DNA of 64,000 nucleotides, taken from the NCBI GenBank assembly GCA_032718475.1, contig JAUCBJ010007520.1, positions 33,800-97,799 of the forward strand, given 5' to 3'. Below the pieces are notes generated by a model. The model worked only from the letters and a program-made list of their open reading frames with translations, was not told the origin of the DNA and ran no database searches. Positions within the stretch are counted from its first letter, which is position 1, and every line of letters starts with the position of its first letter. The stretch comes from Nemertoderma westbladi. Lineage: Eukaryota; Animalia; Xenacoelomorpha. The position numbers were made by a program, and so were the translations under genes. This document shows, piece by piece, positions 36,403 through 48,473 of the stretch.

Positions 36403-37329
36403 CTGTGAAATTAAACGAGAGTCAATGATATTTTTATTCAATGATATGATTTATAGATGATGACTGGGCATATTTTAAGTATTCATTGATGGGGCCATTT
36501 TGTACACCAGCCTCAAAAAATACCCCACTACTTTCTTAGAAATGGCCTACTACTAAGTGCCCTATTTCGTAACAGGCATTTAATCATAGCATATAATGAA
36601 TAATATTATTTTAATCCAAGTCCAAAATTATTTCATACAGTAGGCCCCTATACTGAATGTTTCACCAACTCATTATGTTAACAGCTTATTTATTTATTTG
36701 TTTGGATAAATTGCCATCATCCCTAATAATAGTTGATTATTTTATTGGTTATCTGACTCAACATCTGGGGTATCCCAGTGAGTATCCAGTGGGTATCCCA
36801 CAATAGGACTTCTATGGGGCGCCGTTCTGGTCAAAATCAAATTACAAAAAACCATATCTTTAGAATTCATATAGTATATTTTATTGTTTGCCGTTTGGGC
36901 CAAAAAGTTGTTGGTTAATTATTTATTTCGCCAAATGGGCCAAAGAGGGAAATTTAAATAACTACGGTACTGTAGTACAGTACTGGTCAGCTGGTATGCC
37001 TTCCCTTATTCATGTTATTCAGTTGGGACAATTACAGACAAACATTGCCCATTACACATTACAAGCTGACAGTACTGCAGTAGTGCTGCAGTTAACTTGT
37101 AAACCTCACCTTTCTGCACTGACTAAATGTTAAGTACTGAACTAGGCCTAATCAATTGGAACGCACCTTTCTGCCTTTCAGATTTTGACTGATTCTGTGA
37201 TTGTCTTCAGTTATTATTATTATTATTATTTATATTTATAATTATGTTTACTTAGATACTGGAGATAGGTTGGTCCCGCACGGTAGGCCTTGACACTTAG
37301 CTGCTTGCTACCTACTACCCTATCACCTA

Positions 37330-38410
37330 TGTCGGGTCCGGGCCGTCCTCGTGTTGTGCTAGATGATGCGCAACTACGCTTTCTATGAATTAGGCAGCGG
37401 TTTTCGATTCGAGATATTGCTAATCTCACACGTGCCTCGGAGCGAACTATAAAGAGGCGATGTTCGGAGCTAAATGTGACCAGTCAGCGATTTACGTCTG
37501 TATCAGACGACAGACTTGACCAAGAAATTAGGTAAATACTTGCTGACACTCCAAATATAGGGGAGGTATCTAATGGGGAGGGGGGGGGGGGGGGGGGGGG
37601 GGTTGCGATCGATTGGGATAAATATTCAACGATGGAGATTAAGAGAACGATTGGACATAATAGACCCTATTGGTTGAGCTTTACCGAAGAGCAAGGTAGT
37701 AAAACGGTTGGTATATTCAGTTAAAGGTGCCAATCATCTCTGGCATGTCGATTCCAACCATAAACTTTTTGATTGGAGATTTGTTTTTCATGGGATTGTA
37801 GACGGTTACAGCCGAATGGTGGTTGGAATTTTGCTAGGCGACAATAATAGGTTGGATACGGCATTGAGTAACTTTAATAATGCTGTTTCGAAATATGGTT
37901 TGCCTCAGCGAGTTCGTGGTGATCTCGGAACTGAAAACATTGCGATTGCGCGATTTATGATACAGAATCGGGGATTCGGTAGGGGTAGTTATATAGGTGG
38001 AAGAAGTGTTCATAATGTCCGAATAGAGCGTCTGTGGGGGGAAGTAAACCAAGTAGTAACCAATGAAGCCTGTGTATAAGCCTGTGAATGGTAGTTTATT
38101 TATAACAACTATAAGCCTGTGTTCAAACGCCTGGGACATGACGGTATCTTTCAGCCAACCAATGAACTGCATTTATTCATACTACACTACATCTATAAAC
38201 CCCATATAGAGAAATCTCTCGATCGATTACTGGGAGAGTTTAACAATAGAAGTGTTAGTACGGCAGGGAACAAGTCACCGAATCAGTTGTGGTATGCGAG
38301 TATTTTATCCCAACCTAATAATGGCACTGCTGCCGCCTATCAAGCAAATGATGAAATAGAAGAAGAGACTCAGGCGGTTGAAGTGCCAGTATCGTATCTG
38401 AGGTCATAAC
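37330..38410 (+). pseudogene. IS3EU-type DDE transposase (HTH plus integrase core) with stops and frameshifts
   Basis: GRPRV...IANLTRASERTIKRR; [18 protein letters not shown]...HGIVDGYSR; RGDLGTEN; [11 protein letters not shown]. Confidence 0.85.
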
Positions 38411-38856
38411 TTACGAAGGTGGTTATGGTATTGAAGAAGTAGAAGTAGACCCAGTTTCGTATATTGTGGTTCCCAAAATCGAATACGGACCACCAACTAA
38501 TATATTGCAAAGGCTTCTTCAAGAAATATCCCTGCTGGCTGAGGACAACAGATTTGGTATGGATTTGTATAAACGTGCCTTGGATCTATTTGCCAACTTA
38601 TAATTTGTAAAATATGTAAAATATTCTGCATTTTGCAATATAATATAATAATATCTCAAGGAAGTGGCTACTGACCGGACCCATAGACCGGACCTCTAAA
38701 TACCGTATTACAGCTTTATATTTGATTTATATTTTACTTGTGTATTATTGACTGGACCCTTATTACCACAATTAAGTAACCTGCATAATCTTGTAACATG
38801 TGTTAACTTTCGTTTATTGTTTTGGTTCCCCCAACACGCCCCTGTAACCTGCTCCT

Positions 38857-39225
38857 TTATATGGCAATGGGTCCGTTCAGTAGCCTTTGCCATATCTTAC
38901 TTATTAATTTGTGTTCTAGATAATCGCCATACCTATCTGGTGGACGAGATATGCGCCTAGGGCGAACAAGGGATTGAACGACGGCGATGCTGCGGTCTTC
39001 GTGATTAAATTGATCCTCGAAGTATTGAATATGGGCAGAAGCTAGCTCCGTTCTCGACATCTCTAGTGGAACCGGTGTCATTTTCTCTTTATCGATAGCA
39101 CAGCTAAAATCATACTCAGTATCTTGTTGACAAACCAAACATTTTTCGTTGTCAGTATCACCGTTTGGTGTTAAGGATACCGATCTACCACACGCGCAAT
39201 ATGTCGATACAGTTGCGTCATTCAT
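38857..39225 (-). CDS. Small convergent ORF of the IS3EU element (122 aa, CxC...CxxC)
   Basis: ATG ORF inside the TIRs; CACG...CLVCQQDTEY, RPRRISRPPDRY. Confidence 0.4.
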   Translation of the reverse strand: MNDATVSTYCACGRSVSLTPNGDTDNEKCLVCQQDTEYDFSCAIDKEKMTPVPLEMSRTELASAHIQYFEDQFNHEDRSIAVVQSLVRPRRISRPPDRYGDYLEHKLISKIWQRLLNGPIAI

Positions 39226-39819
39226 ACCTTCATGTTCATCATTATAGGCTCACATACAACACACACAACAGTACAACACAACACAACTGTACAATCAGAT
39301 AATGCGGTGACAGCAGCATAGACAGATAGGCCATTAACGTACAGTGCTGCAGTTACTTTATGAACAGGACAGACTGAAACCCAAGCCGGTGTATTTCAAA
39401 TTTCCCTCTTCATAATTTTGCCAATCTGGCGAAATAAAAAATGGCAGTGATTTTTTATGTCCTTTTATTTGACTTTTTTCCTCCTTTTTTTACGAATTTT
39501 GTACAATGACTTTTGTTGTCCCTTTAATGACTTTTTATGTATGTATTTCTTCAAACTGTCAGACTGCTGATTTCTGGACTGTCAGACAGTTGATTTCAAC
39601 ATGCCTATACCAAAACATTCAAAATTTGTTGATTTCTGGTCGATGGACAGTTGGTTTCACTATGCCTGTGCCAAAACATTCAAAATTCCATGATTTATAG
39701 ACTATGAGATAGATTTCCATATGCGCCTGTGGTAAAAGACTCTAAATGTAATAGTTTGTGGTTGTTGTCGATAATTGATTACCACATGACGTAGCAAAAC
39801 ACTCATTTTATAGCAAAAA

Positions 39820-40636
39820 ACAATTACCAATTGATGGAAAGGAGCATGTTAGAGAGACCGGATTTTCTAACCAAAACAATAAACAGTCGCTTTACCAAAT
39901 GAAGGAAAAGGGAACAGGTTACAGAGGCTGGCCTTTCTAACCAAAAAAAATAAACGGTCACTTTACCAAATCAGGGAAAGGAGCGTTACAGAGGCGGGAA
40001 TTTCTAACCAAAACAATAAACAATCACTTTACCAAATGAAGGAAAGGAGCAGGTTACATAGATGGTATTTTCTAACCAAAACAATAAACGATAACATTAC
40101 CAATTGAGGGAGAGGAGCACGTTAAAGAGGGTGGGCTTTTCTAACCAAAACAATAAACGATCACTTTACCAAATCAGGGAAAGGAGCAGGTTACAGAGGC
40201 GGGATTTTCTAACCAAAACAATAAACGATCACTTAACCAATTGAGGGAAAGGAGCAGGTTACAGAGGCGGGATTTTCTAACCAAAACAATAAACGATCAT
40301 TTAACTAATTGAGGGAAAGGGGTGTGTTACAGAGGCGGGATTTTCTAACCAAAACAATATAAACAGTCACTTTACCAAATGAAGGAAAGGAGCAGGTTAC
40401 AGGGCGGGCCTTTCTAAACAAAACAATAAACGGTCACTTTACCAAATCAGGGAAAGGAGCAGGTTACAGAGGCGGGATTTTCTAACCAAAAGAATAAACG
40501 ATCATTTAACTAGTTGAGGGAAAGGAGCGGGTTACAGAGGCGGGATTTTCTAAGCAAAACAATAAACAGTCACTTTACCAAATGAAGGAAAGGAGCAGGT
40601 TACAGAGGCGGGCCTTTCTAACCAAAACAATAAACT
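39820..40636. repeat. Tandem array of about 68 bp (about 12 units)
   Basis: TTTTCTAACCAAAACAATAAACGATCACTTTACCAAATCAGGGAAAGGAGCAGGTTACAGAGGCGGGA. Confidence 0.95.
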
Positions 40637-40719
40637 ATGTCATGAACATAACAATAAACTATGTAAAACCGGTACCGGTACTAAAATTCTGAAATTACCG
40701 TAATTAATAAATTACCTTT

Positions 40720-43700
40720 ATCATTATTATTATTATATTATGTGGGTGGAGACACCGCTGTCATAGAAGCGTATAAACAAAACTGCACATAATTAAACAG
40801 AAGAAAGTTGAACAGTGAATAAAACAAAACGGCTTATACTATGGATTACTTTATCACAATTCAGCAATTAGGCCTATCATATTTACAACTGTACATATCA
40901 CAGAATCAGTTAGTTAGTGCCTAATAACTGTCCAGATATAATCAAAATATTATACTATAATCTCACGAACCTAATAAATTAAATAATTATTAAATTTACT
41001 TATACAATGCTAGTACTAAATCTATGTATTTACATACTGAGTAGATTTCTGTTAAGTTTTTATCAAAAAGCTCATTTATATTACCAAACGTTTGCGAAAT
41101 TAATATTTGGGAAACAATCTCGGATGGTTGCCGTTAACCTGCAATTGAGTAATACATGTGTCTCATCTTGGATAGACACATTATCACAGCTACAAACCCT
41201 GCTTTCGCGGGGTATGCGTTGCCATCTACCTTTCTCAATCAGCAAGTTATGAGACATCAACCGACATCTTGAAAAGGATAAGCGTAAATAATCAGGCACA
41301 AGAGGAGATTTCAAATTATAAATAGGATGACACGATAACGATGGATTTAAAATTGTTCTATAAGTGAAAAATTTGGTTGCAGTTTCTGGTTTATTACAAA
41401 CATTATTAACAATATTACTATTAAATACACTAGGTTCATGCCAACATAATGCATCTTTTATCATTCTAGAACCAGGTGTGTCAGCACCTTTACATAAGTT
41501 TAAGCAACCCCAGCCTCAAAAACTTATTTCTTTAGTACAAATGGTAACGCTGTATTTTTAGCACAAAATATATAAAATTTATTAACAAATTGTTCGCATT
41601 TAATTTTATGTAAATTAAATACGGTATTAAATTTACCGTCTTCAGTAAAAATGGAGCCTAAATATATGTACTCTACACAATGTTTTACAATAATATCATC
41701 AACATGTAATGGTACTTTGTCACTTGTCGTAACATTTATTACAAAAAACTTTGTTTTTTTCAAATTAAGTACCATCCCAGTATCATTGCAAAAGGAAATT
41801 AAAGCACGTAGTTTACATAATAACAAGTCGCGGTTTGTGGACAAAATAATTGTGTCATCCATCAATAACATTATATGTAATAAACCCAAAAAACCATCAG
41901 ATGAAACTGATGACATTACCATTTTGACCAACGTGTCTATATAAAAACAACAAAGCACAACACTCGTAGATGCACCCTGGCGTACACCAGTTGCTGTAAT
42001 AACTACAGCTGACTTTAAAATACTTTTTGTACATTTATAAATTGAAAATATTGCTAACAACATAACTCTTCCACAGCCTGCCTTCCTTAATCTGTCTAAA
42101 AGTTTCATCCTTGGCACCTTATCATACGCTTTGGAAAAATCCACAAACAAAATAAATAATTTTAATTTTTTAAATTTAGCGTAGTCTCTGAGTAACCTTA
42201 CTGCAAAAATTTTCTACCACCTGCTTGGCAGTTACTAATATTGCACCAAATAGTAAGCCTAGCTGCTAACAACAAATCATAAATTTTGGAAAACACGGAT
42301 TCCATAATGGATATCCCTTGATAATTTGTACATAATGACCTCCTACCAGATTTAAATATCACAATCAGCTTACTAATACACCATGACATTGGGTATAAAC
42401 CTAATGACAAAACTAAATTAAACACAGTTAGAAAGAATAACATCCAGTTGCCTGGCAACGCCAAAAATAAACCTAATGCAATACCTATGTAGCTTTTCTC
42501 AACCTTAACATCACTAAGAACATCAGCCAGTTCCCTTTCAGAAAACTGTTGGTCTAGAATTGGTACATAAGGAGAGTTATTCCATTCCGGGTCTATATTC
42601 AATTCGTCTACCGTATCGGGATTTAATAGGGCCTCAAAGTGGGTTTAAAGTTCTCATCTGAAGGTGCTGGCTGATCAACCACTTTACCACCATCAATATC
42701 ACCTTTCCAGTTGATAGCATGCCAGATAGATTTGGCATTATTCGTTGCTAGAAGTTTAGCCCAATGTTGCTGATTTGTATTTGGATTCTCTACATCTTCC
42801 ACATCGTCACTTTCATGGGATTTACACGACTTTGCTGCTTCATTTATCATTGAGTTCGCCATATCGAGCGTCTTTTGAATAATTTTGGTTGATAAACCCT
42901 CATTGGATAAAAATGGTGGCTGTATATTTGTCATAAGGTCAATGAAACGTGGAATATCAGTCTGTTTATGAGACTGACTCTTGAACACTGCATTTAGCTG
43001 TTGTGAGTTGCTATTTGCTAGAGTCCATGTAATACCCAGGTTGTTAGCCCTTTCTATTAAATTCTCGTCCATCGATACCCCATTGTTGTTGGGTATAACC
43101 ACTTTAACGACCAACGGCGCATGATCAGAACCTGATTGGTCCCTATCACCGGTAATTGAGTGGATATTATTCATCAACTCATCGGATATGACACAAACAT
43201 CGACTTCGCTAATCCACTGTTTACCTTTCCTGTACGATAAACCACCTCCGAGTGTACCATTTTCCATAGTAACTAAATGGTTGGCAATACCACATCCAGA
43301 ATCTGTACAGATACGTGACCATTTATTGAATTATACTCTACACCATCATATTCATATTTGGATCTTTGTAGGTCATAAGGATTACCATATACTGGGGTTC
43401 CAACTCTGGAATTTAGATCTCCAATCGCAACCACTTTCTTGTTCTTTTTAAATACAGCATGTAAATTTCCGAATAAATCATTAGAGAAGTAGTGAGAATC
43501 TGATGGTGGGATATACGCTGTACCAATTATCAAGTCAGACGCGAATTTGAAACATAGCCACAACTGTCCATTTTTCGTGGAATCAACACTCAATATACTA
43601 CTAGACAACGCATTTTTCACGAGCGCCAAAACTCCACCTCGATGGCTGCTTTGCGATCCATTAATAAACGATACAAAACCAGGAACATGTAAGGGTTTCG

Positions 43701-45025
43701 CAGTTTTTATCTCTGATAGAAACACTACATCGTATTTATGTACAAATGCTAAAAACTGTGGTTCTAAAAGTTTATCTCGTAAACCACATATATTCCATGA
43801 GCAGAATGACAGAATATGGGATGAGCTTTGTGCAGCGTGATCCTATAAAGAGTTATACATTTTAAATGTCATCAATTACCGTCTCCCCTCGGAGAACAAC
43901 ACGGCGTCTGTAATCATAACGGATCGTTACTCCCGCATTTTCAGGTTTAAGTTTCTCATCCTTTGCGAATCGACGTAGTCTCTCTTCTTCACTCCTAATC
44001 AGTGGATGGACATCCGGCTTTACATACACACGTTAGTACTCAGCGATATCTTTAAGGATTTTGGATGCCGACAGGATTTTATTCCTCATCGATCAGTCAG
44101 GTAACAAAACCAACAATGGGCGGGTGCATTTATTTGGCCCTCTTGCATTGTTTCTACCGACAGTACTGGTGCCACCAGCGTTTGCATCGTTTTTCCCTAA
44201 CCTTTTGATGTCCCAATTTGGGATGGTACCTCGTATTTCGTCCAATTTCAACGCCATCATTAAGTTATCCACCGTTGCACGATCATCCATGGTTTCTTCT
44301 AAACCCGTAATGATTAAATTCCTCCCTCGTTCCTTACTGTCAATCTCCTCAATAAACTGCTGTTGTTTATTTATGATCTTAAATGCTGTATCTATCCTTC
44401 CCGTCAACTCGGCGACGTGATGCTTTTCTCTTTGCAGCTGCTGTCGAATCTCGCACAATTCTAATAGAATTTGTTTTCCAACCGACGTGTCGATAGCCAC
44501 TTCTGACTCACCTTCGGTTCCGCTCATGCTTAACCCGCCGGTACTGGTAGAGTTCAACACGAGGTTCAACACCGTCTTCAATTGAGGTTTAGTTAAGTTG
44601 TTACGCTGCGCCTGGGAGAGAGACAAAACCCCCTCAACAGTATCCAACGACTCATCCACAACCGACTGGCGATTCTCGCGCGATTGCCTCTTTGATTTCA
44701 CAGTACCGTTAGATTTCGGTGACGTACCCATAGATACAGCTCCAGAACCAGAGCCATTGAGGGCCATAGCCAAAACTGACTCAACTTAGGCTGGATACAG
44801 GGATATTCTGAATTCTGATATTTCTGTATTGCCTACTGCAGTACAGCAGTACCGGTCAAACCTACAAAGCTAAAATCAGTACTACATAGCCACCATATCA
44901 GTACAATGCCTACATACAGTACAATGCAATACTGCAAAATAGTGCTCTATATATACTAATACCGGAACTTATAGCCTAAGAGAACAGCAGTAGAGAAACC
45001 GGTAGCAAGGAACCCAACGCTAGAT
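40720..45025 (-). mobile_element. Near full-length decayed LINE (RTEX/Proto2-like): ORF1 plus APE-RT ORF2
   Basis: ORF1 44093..44773 (ERGRNLIITGLEE); APE FLSEIK, IGDLNSR, SDHAP; RT FVDFSKAYD, GVRQG, LLMDD, YLGS; C-terminal RLMSHNLLIEKGRW...CSC...ETHVLLNC. Confidence 0.85.
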
Positions 45026-45820
45026 TTCTGGAGGACATAAAAAGTCAAAAAAAAGGACAAAAAAAGGATTTAAATGGACAAGAAAAATTATTGCGATAAA
45101 AAATTAACCAACAACATTTTGGCCCATACGGCGCAACATTTAAATTAACTATATGAATTCCAATGACATAGTTTTTTTACTTGAATTTGGCCCAAACGGC
45201 GCCCCATAGACTTCCCTCTAATAATGCAAACACAATACAATATATAGTATTACACGTGCCTATAGTATTCTGGGGCATGCTTGCATACTCGAACATACAG
45301 TATGAACCTATTAATCCATTGTATTATTTAGTATTCTATTGTTAATACTATTCTGTATAATTGTATATTTTATATTAATATAATAATAATTCTATATTTA
45401 TTATATAGGTTATTTATTTATATTCTTTTATTTTTATCACTACCCAGTTACTATGTTTATTTTTATTTTATTTAAAATACAAAAACTTATTTTGTAGAAT
45501 GAAATGACAGCCTACCTCATTCTGCTATATATCAGTCTACTAAAGGGAAAACTAAGCTCATTTGTCTCTCATATAATTTATTATTGATACAACTACCATA
45601 TCCACATCACTGTCACATATTAGTATATACATATATTCATAATAGTCGTTGTAACGTAGGTGAGTGAGACCTTGTGTCCACTCTTGATGGTGACACAGAT
45701 CCATTAGAAGTGTTATGGGGAGTCCTCATTCGTATTCCTCATTCGCCCGATTCGGGTTGCCCTTTCATACCCAATTGTTTGCATATATTCATATATATAC
45801 ATAGTAGTAATATATAAAAG

Positions 45821-46050
45821 GCGAGATAGCTGAGTTGTTTGAGCGCCAGGCCTCATTCTATTGATTTAGGTTCAAGCCCTACCAGGGTCAACTCAGCCCT
45901 TCATCCAATGGGGTATTTAAAATTATGACCAGTGGAATTACTGGGAGTAAAACTTGGGATGGGAGTAGCATCCCCCTACCTTTCGTGTAGTAGCTATCGA
46001 AAGATGAGCCTTTTTCTCGCCTCAAGCTTTGGCTGACTGTTTGCTTGCAA
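45821..46050 (+). mobile_element. tRNA-derived SINE with a Meta-domain-like core
   Basis: A box TAGCTGAGTTG, B box GGTTCAAGCC, then GGTCAACTCAGCCCTTCATCC...AAAATTATGACCAG. Confidence 0.6.
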
Positions 46051-46059
46051 CAGTTGAAA

Positions 46060-46175
46060 TACTACTACTATAAACCACCAGCAAAGATAGAGGGTTCTTA
46101 ATAATCTAACCCGCTGTTATACTACTACTATAAACCACCAGCAAAGATAGAGGGTTCTTAATAATCTAACCCGCT
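46060..46175. repeat. Exact tandem duplication, 60-bp period
   Basis: ATACTACTACTATAAACCACCAGCAAAGATAGAGGGTTCTTAATAATCTAACCCGCT occurs twice. Confidence 0.9.
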
Positions 46176-46413
46176 TCCCTGAAGGTTACATTATATGTAT
46201 ATGTATACTAGCTGGCGGTGATGGCGCACCGCGAAAGAAGCTTTCTAGCTTCAGCGCGACTGTCCAATTGTCCACGTCTTCGTTCAAGTTTCACACAAAA
46301 TATTTTCAGACAATATTATTCAAATACAGTTTCAAACGGTGCTACTATTGTAAGCGGATTCAATTCCACTTCATTATCCACCAGAAAATGAGAATAATGG
46401 CATTTTAGCAATA

Positions 46414-46975
46414 TGTTGGGGATACAAGATTACCAATATTAATCTCATATCATAACCAACATTGGGGGGGGGGGGGGGGGGGCGACACAAGCCCCAAAGC
46501 CACAGAGAAAGGTGAGAGGTCAAACCACCTCGGAGGGAATACAACTAGTAGAGGCTAGCAGCGGAGGGGAAACACTCCCAGGGAGTGCCAAGGTGACAAG
46601 TAGTATATTAGCCAATAGTGGGGAGGGAAGCACGTGATAGGGAACAGGAAAGCATCCATTGGGTAGAGGGCTAAAGTAGAGTAGGAGGTGAACCAATATC
46701 CAATGTATTAATCATATATTATCTCACATTACTGGTTTACCGGTCAGTTGTGCTATTCAGTTTAATCAGTGCAGACTGGTCATAGTTAATGACCGCCACC
46801 GCCATACTGGTAACAATTTATCTGTATTTCTGCTTTAATCATATATTGTGATATTACTGCCTATATTAACTAATATCGAAAGACAACAGGAACTTTTACT
46901 GTTTTCCCAGTCGGCCTCGGCCAAAGCCAATAGCATGATCCCCAGCAGTGTGACTGGATCAGGGATCCCGACTGG
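46414..46975 (+). mobile_element. Solo LTR-like sequence distantly related to the LTR of element B
   Basis: Starts TGTTGGGATACAAG; shares the motif order AATATTAATCTCATATCA...AACACTCCCAGGGA...TATTAGCCAAT...GGGATCC with 47880-48417. Confidence 0.55.
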
Positions 46976-47829
46976 GTTAATGCTTCTATGCGTCGCCGTA
47001 GGCTGATGTTATCAGGTGACTTGGCCGAGGCAGTTGGAGAAAAAAGTTTGAGTTTGACATTCCTTGCGTTCCAATATATGTGTAATAATAGCACAGTTAA
47101 TAAACGGTATGTAGGAGATAATGTATATGATAACAGCATATAACACCAGTTGGTGACGACGGTAAGACAATGTTGCCGGTCTGCACTGAAACTGGTAACT
47201 GGGTAAACTGAATGACAAACCGGTATGTAGGATACAGTCCCAATCCCAATAAACATTAACTTGGTCATTTTGGCGGCCAAAACGACCAAAATGGCCAAAT
47301 ATAAATTGCGGCATTCATGAAAGGAACTTCTGAGGCAAGTTGGCTTGTCAATCACAGCCAGTGAATAGAGGCTGAGTGTAAGTAAAGCCCAGGATGTTGG
47401 CAGATAGAAAAAGGCTTCGATTTCCGGACATTCCCCCCCCCCCTGGACCGTTCCGTTCCGTTCGAGTAGGACACTACTGTTTTATATTTCGCACGTTTAT
47501 TTTTCATTTTGTAAGGTAAACGGACCGCTTGTATCCAGACAAGTTGTACAGTATCCAATTTCCCTTTATTAGCTCAGAAATTTATATTTTGCATCCCGAT
47601 TTTACATTTTGTATCCACGTTTTATTTATGGATTTCATCAATTCAATTACACTGTATTGTTTGCTAATCTTTAAACAATTAATTAGATGACCTATATATT
47701 CCATCTGTTTCTCCTGTTCAAAGCAAAATCTAAGCATGAATACTTTTTCACTGTAACTCGGGTGGTAGGTGGTACAGTAGGTACTACAGTTTACATGTTC
47801 AAGGGCGCCAGTCCCTAGTCGCTAGCCCA

Positions 47830-48417
47830 TAGTAAAATTCAATTCCGCTAGCCAGCCCCATAAAGTGAGCTTTAAGCAATATTGGGAACACGAGGTTGAT
47901 ATCCAATATCAACCTCGTATCACCCCAATAAAATGGGGACAAGAAAACCCAGAGGACACACACAATAGGGGTCAGGGGTTACACCCCTGAGAGAGAGGGA
48001 ATAGCAGGAGTAACGGGAAACACTCCAGGGAAGGTGAAGGGGCGACAATTAGGTTATTAGCCAATGGGGGGGGGGGGGGGGGGGAAGGCATCAATCAAGT
48101 AATGTAACGCGGCCAACCATGCAATATATATTATCAGTAACTGCGTAATTCATTCACTTGTAGTAAGTCAGCTAGTTAGGGCGGTACCGGGATTCTAATC
48201 ACCGTACATATCCATCTACTGTCAGTAATATATCACCATTTACCAGTAACTTTGCTTTCAATAATATTCACTTCAGTAATTGCTATATTGTACTAATATA
48301 CCCTTGGAACTATATACACCGATCAATAACTCTTTCCATCTTTTCACACACACACGGCGGGGACGATGCGTAGACTAGAAACCGGATAAATCGGGATCCT
48401 TGGTGGATCCCATCACA
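47830..48417 (+). repeat. 5' LTR of element B (first bases altered)
   Basis: AATTCAATTCCGCTAGCC...GGATCCCATCACA matches the 3' LTR. Confidence 0.9.
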
Positions 48418-48426
48418 GTGATTAGA
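48418..48426 (+). promoter_or_regulatory. Non-canonical primer-binding site GTGATTAGA, complementary to LTR segment 48194-48202
   Basis: Directly follows the LTR CA; no TGG; exact reverse complement TCTAATCAC lies in both LTRs. Confidence 0.55.
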
Positions 48427-48473
48427 CCACAACTACCCTAAAGTAAAAGTAATAAACTCTGACTGCCAGCCAC

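Larger units (their letters stand above)
39443..45095. mobile_element. MULE-like non-autonomous element inserted in the right TIR of the IS3EU element
   Basis: 9-bp TSD ATAAAAAAT (39434-39442, 45096-45104); imperfect TIR GGCAGTGATTTTTTATGTCC / GGACAAGAAAAATTATTGCG; removing it restores the IS3EU right TIR. Confidence 0.65.
36813..45208 (+). mobile_element. IS3EU-type DNA transposon with nested insertions
   Basis: TATGGGGCGCCGTT...AACGGCGCCCCATA, imperfect TIRs over 100 bp, 6-bp TSD GACTTC (36807-36812, 45209-45214). Confidence 0.85.

Noticed and set aside
45821-45895. tRNA gene
   Set aside because: A and B boxes are present but there is no full cloverleaf, and it continues into a SINE-type core
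47815-47835. TSD for element B
   Set aside because: The 3' flank ATGGA has no direct match before the 5' LTR, whose TG start is missing
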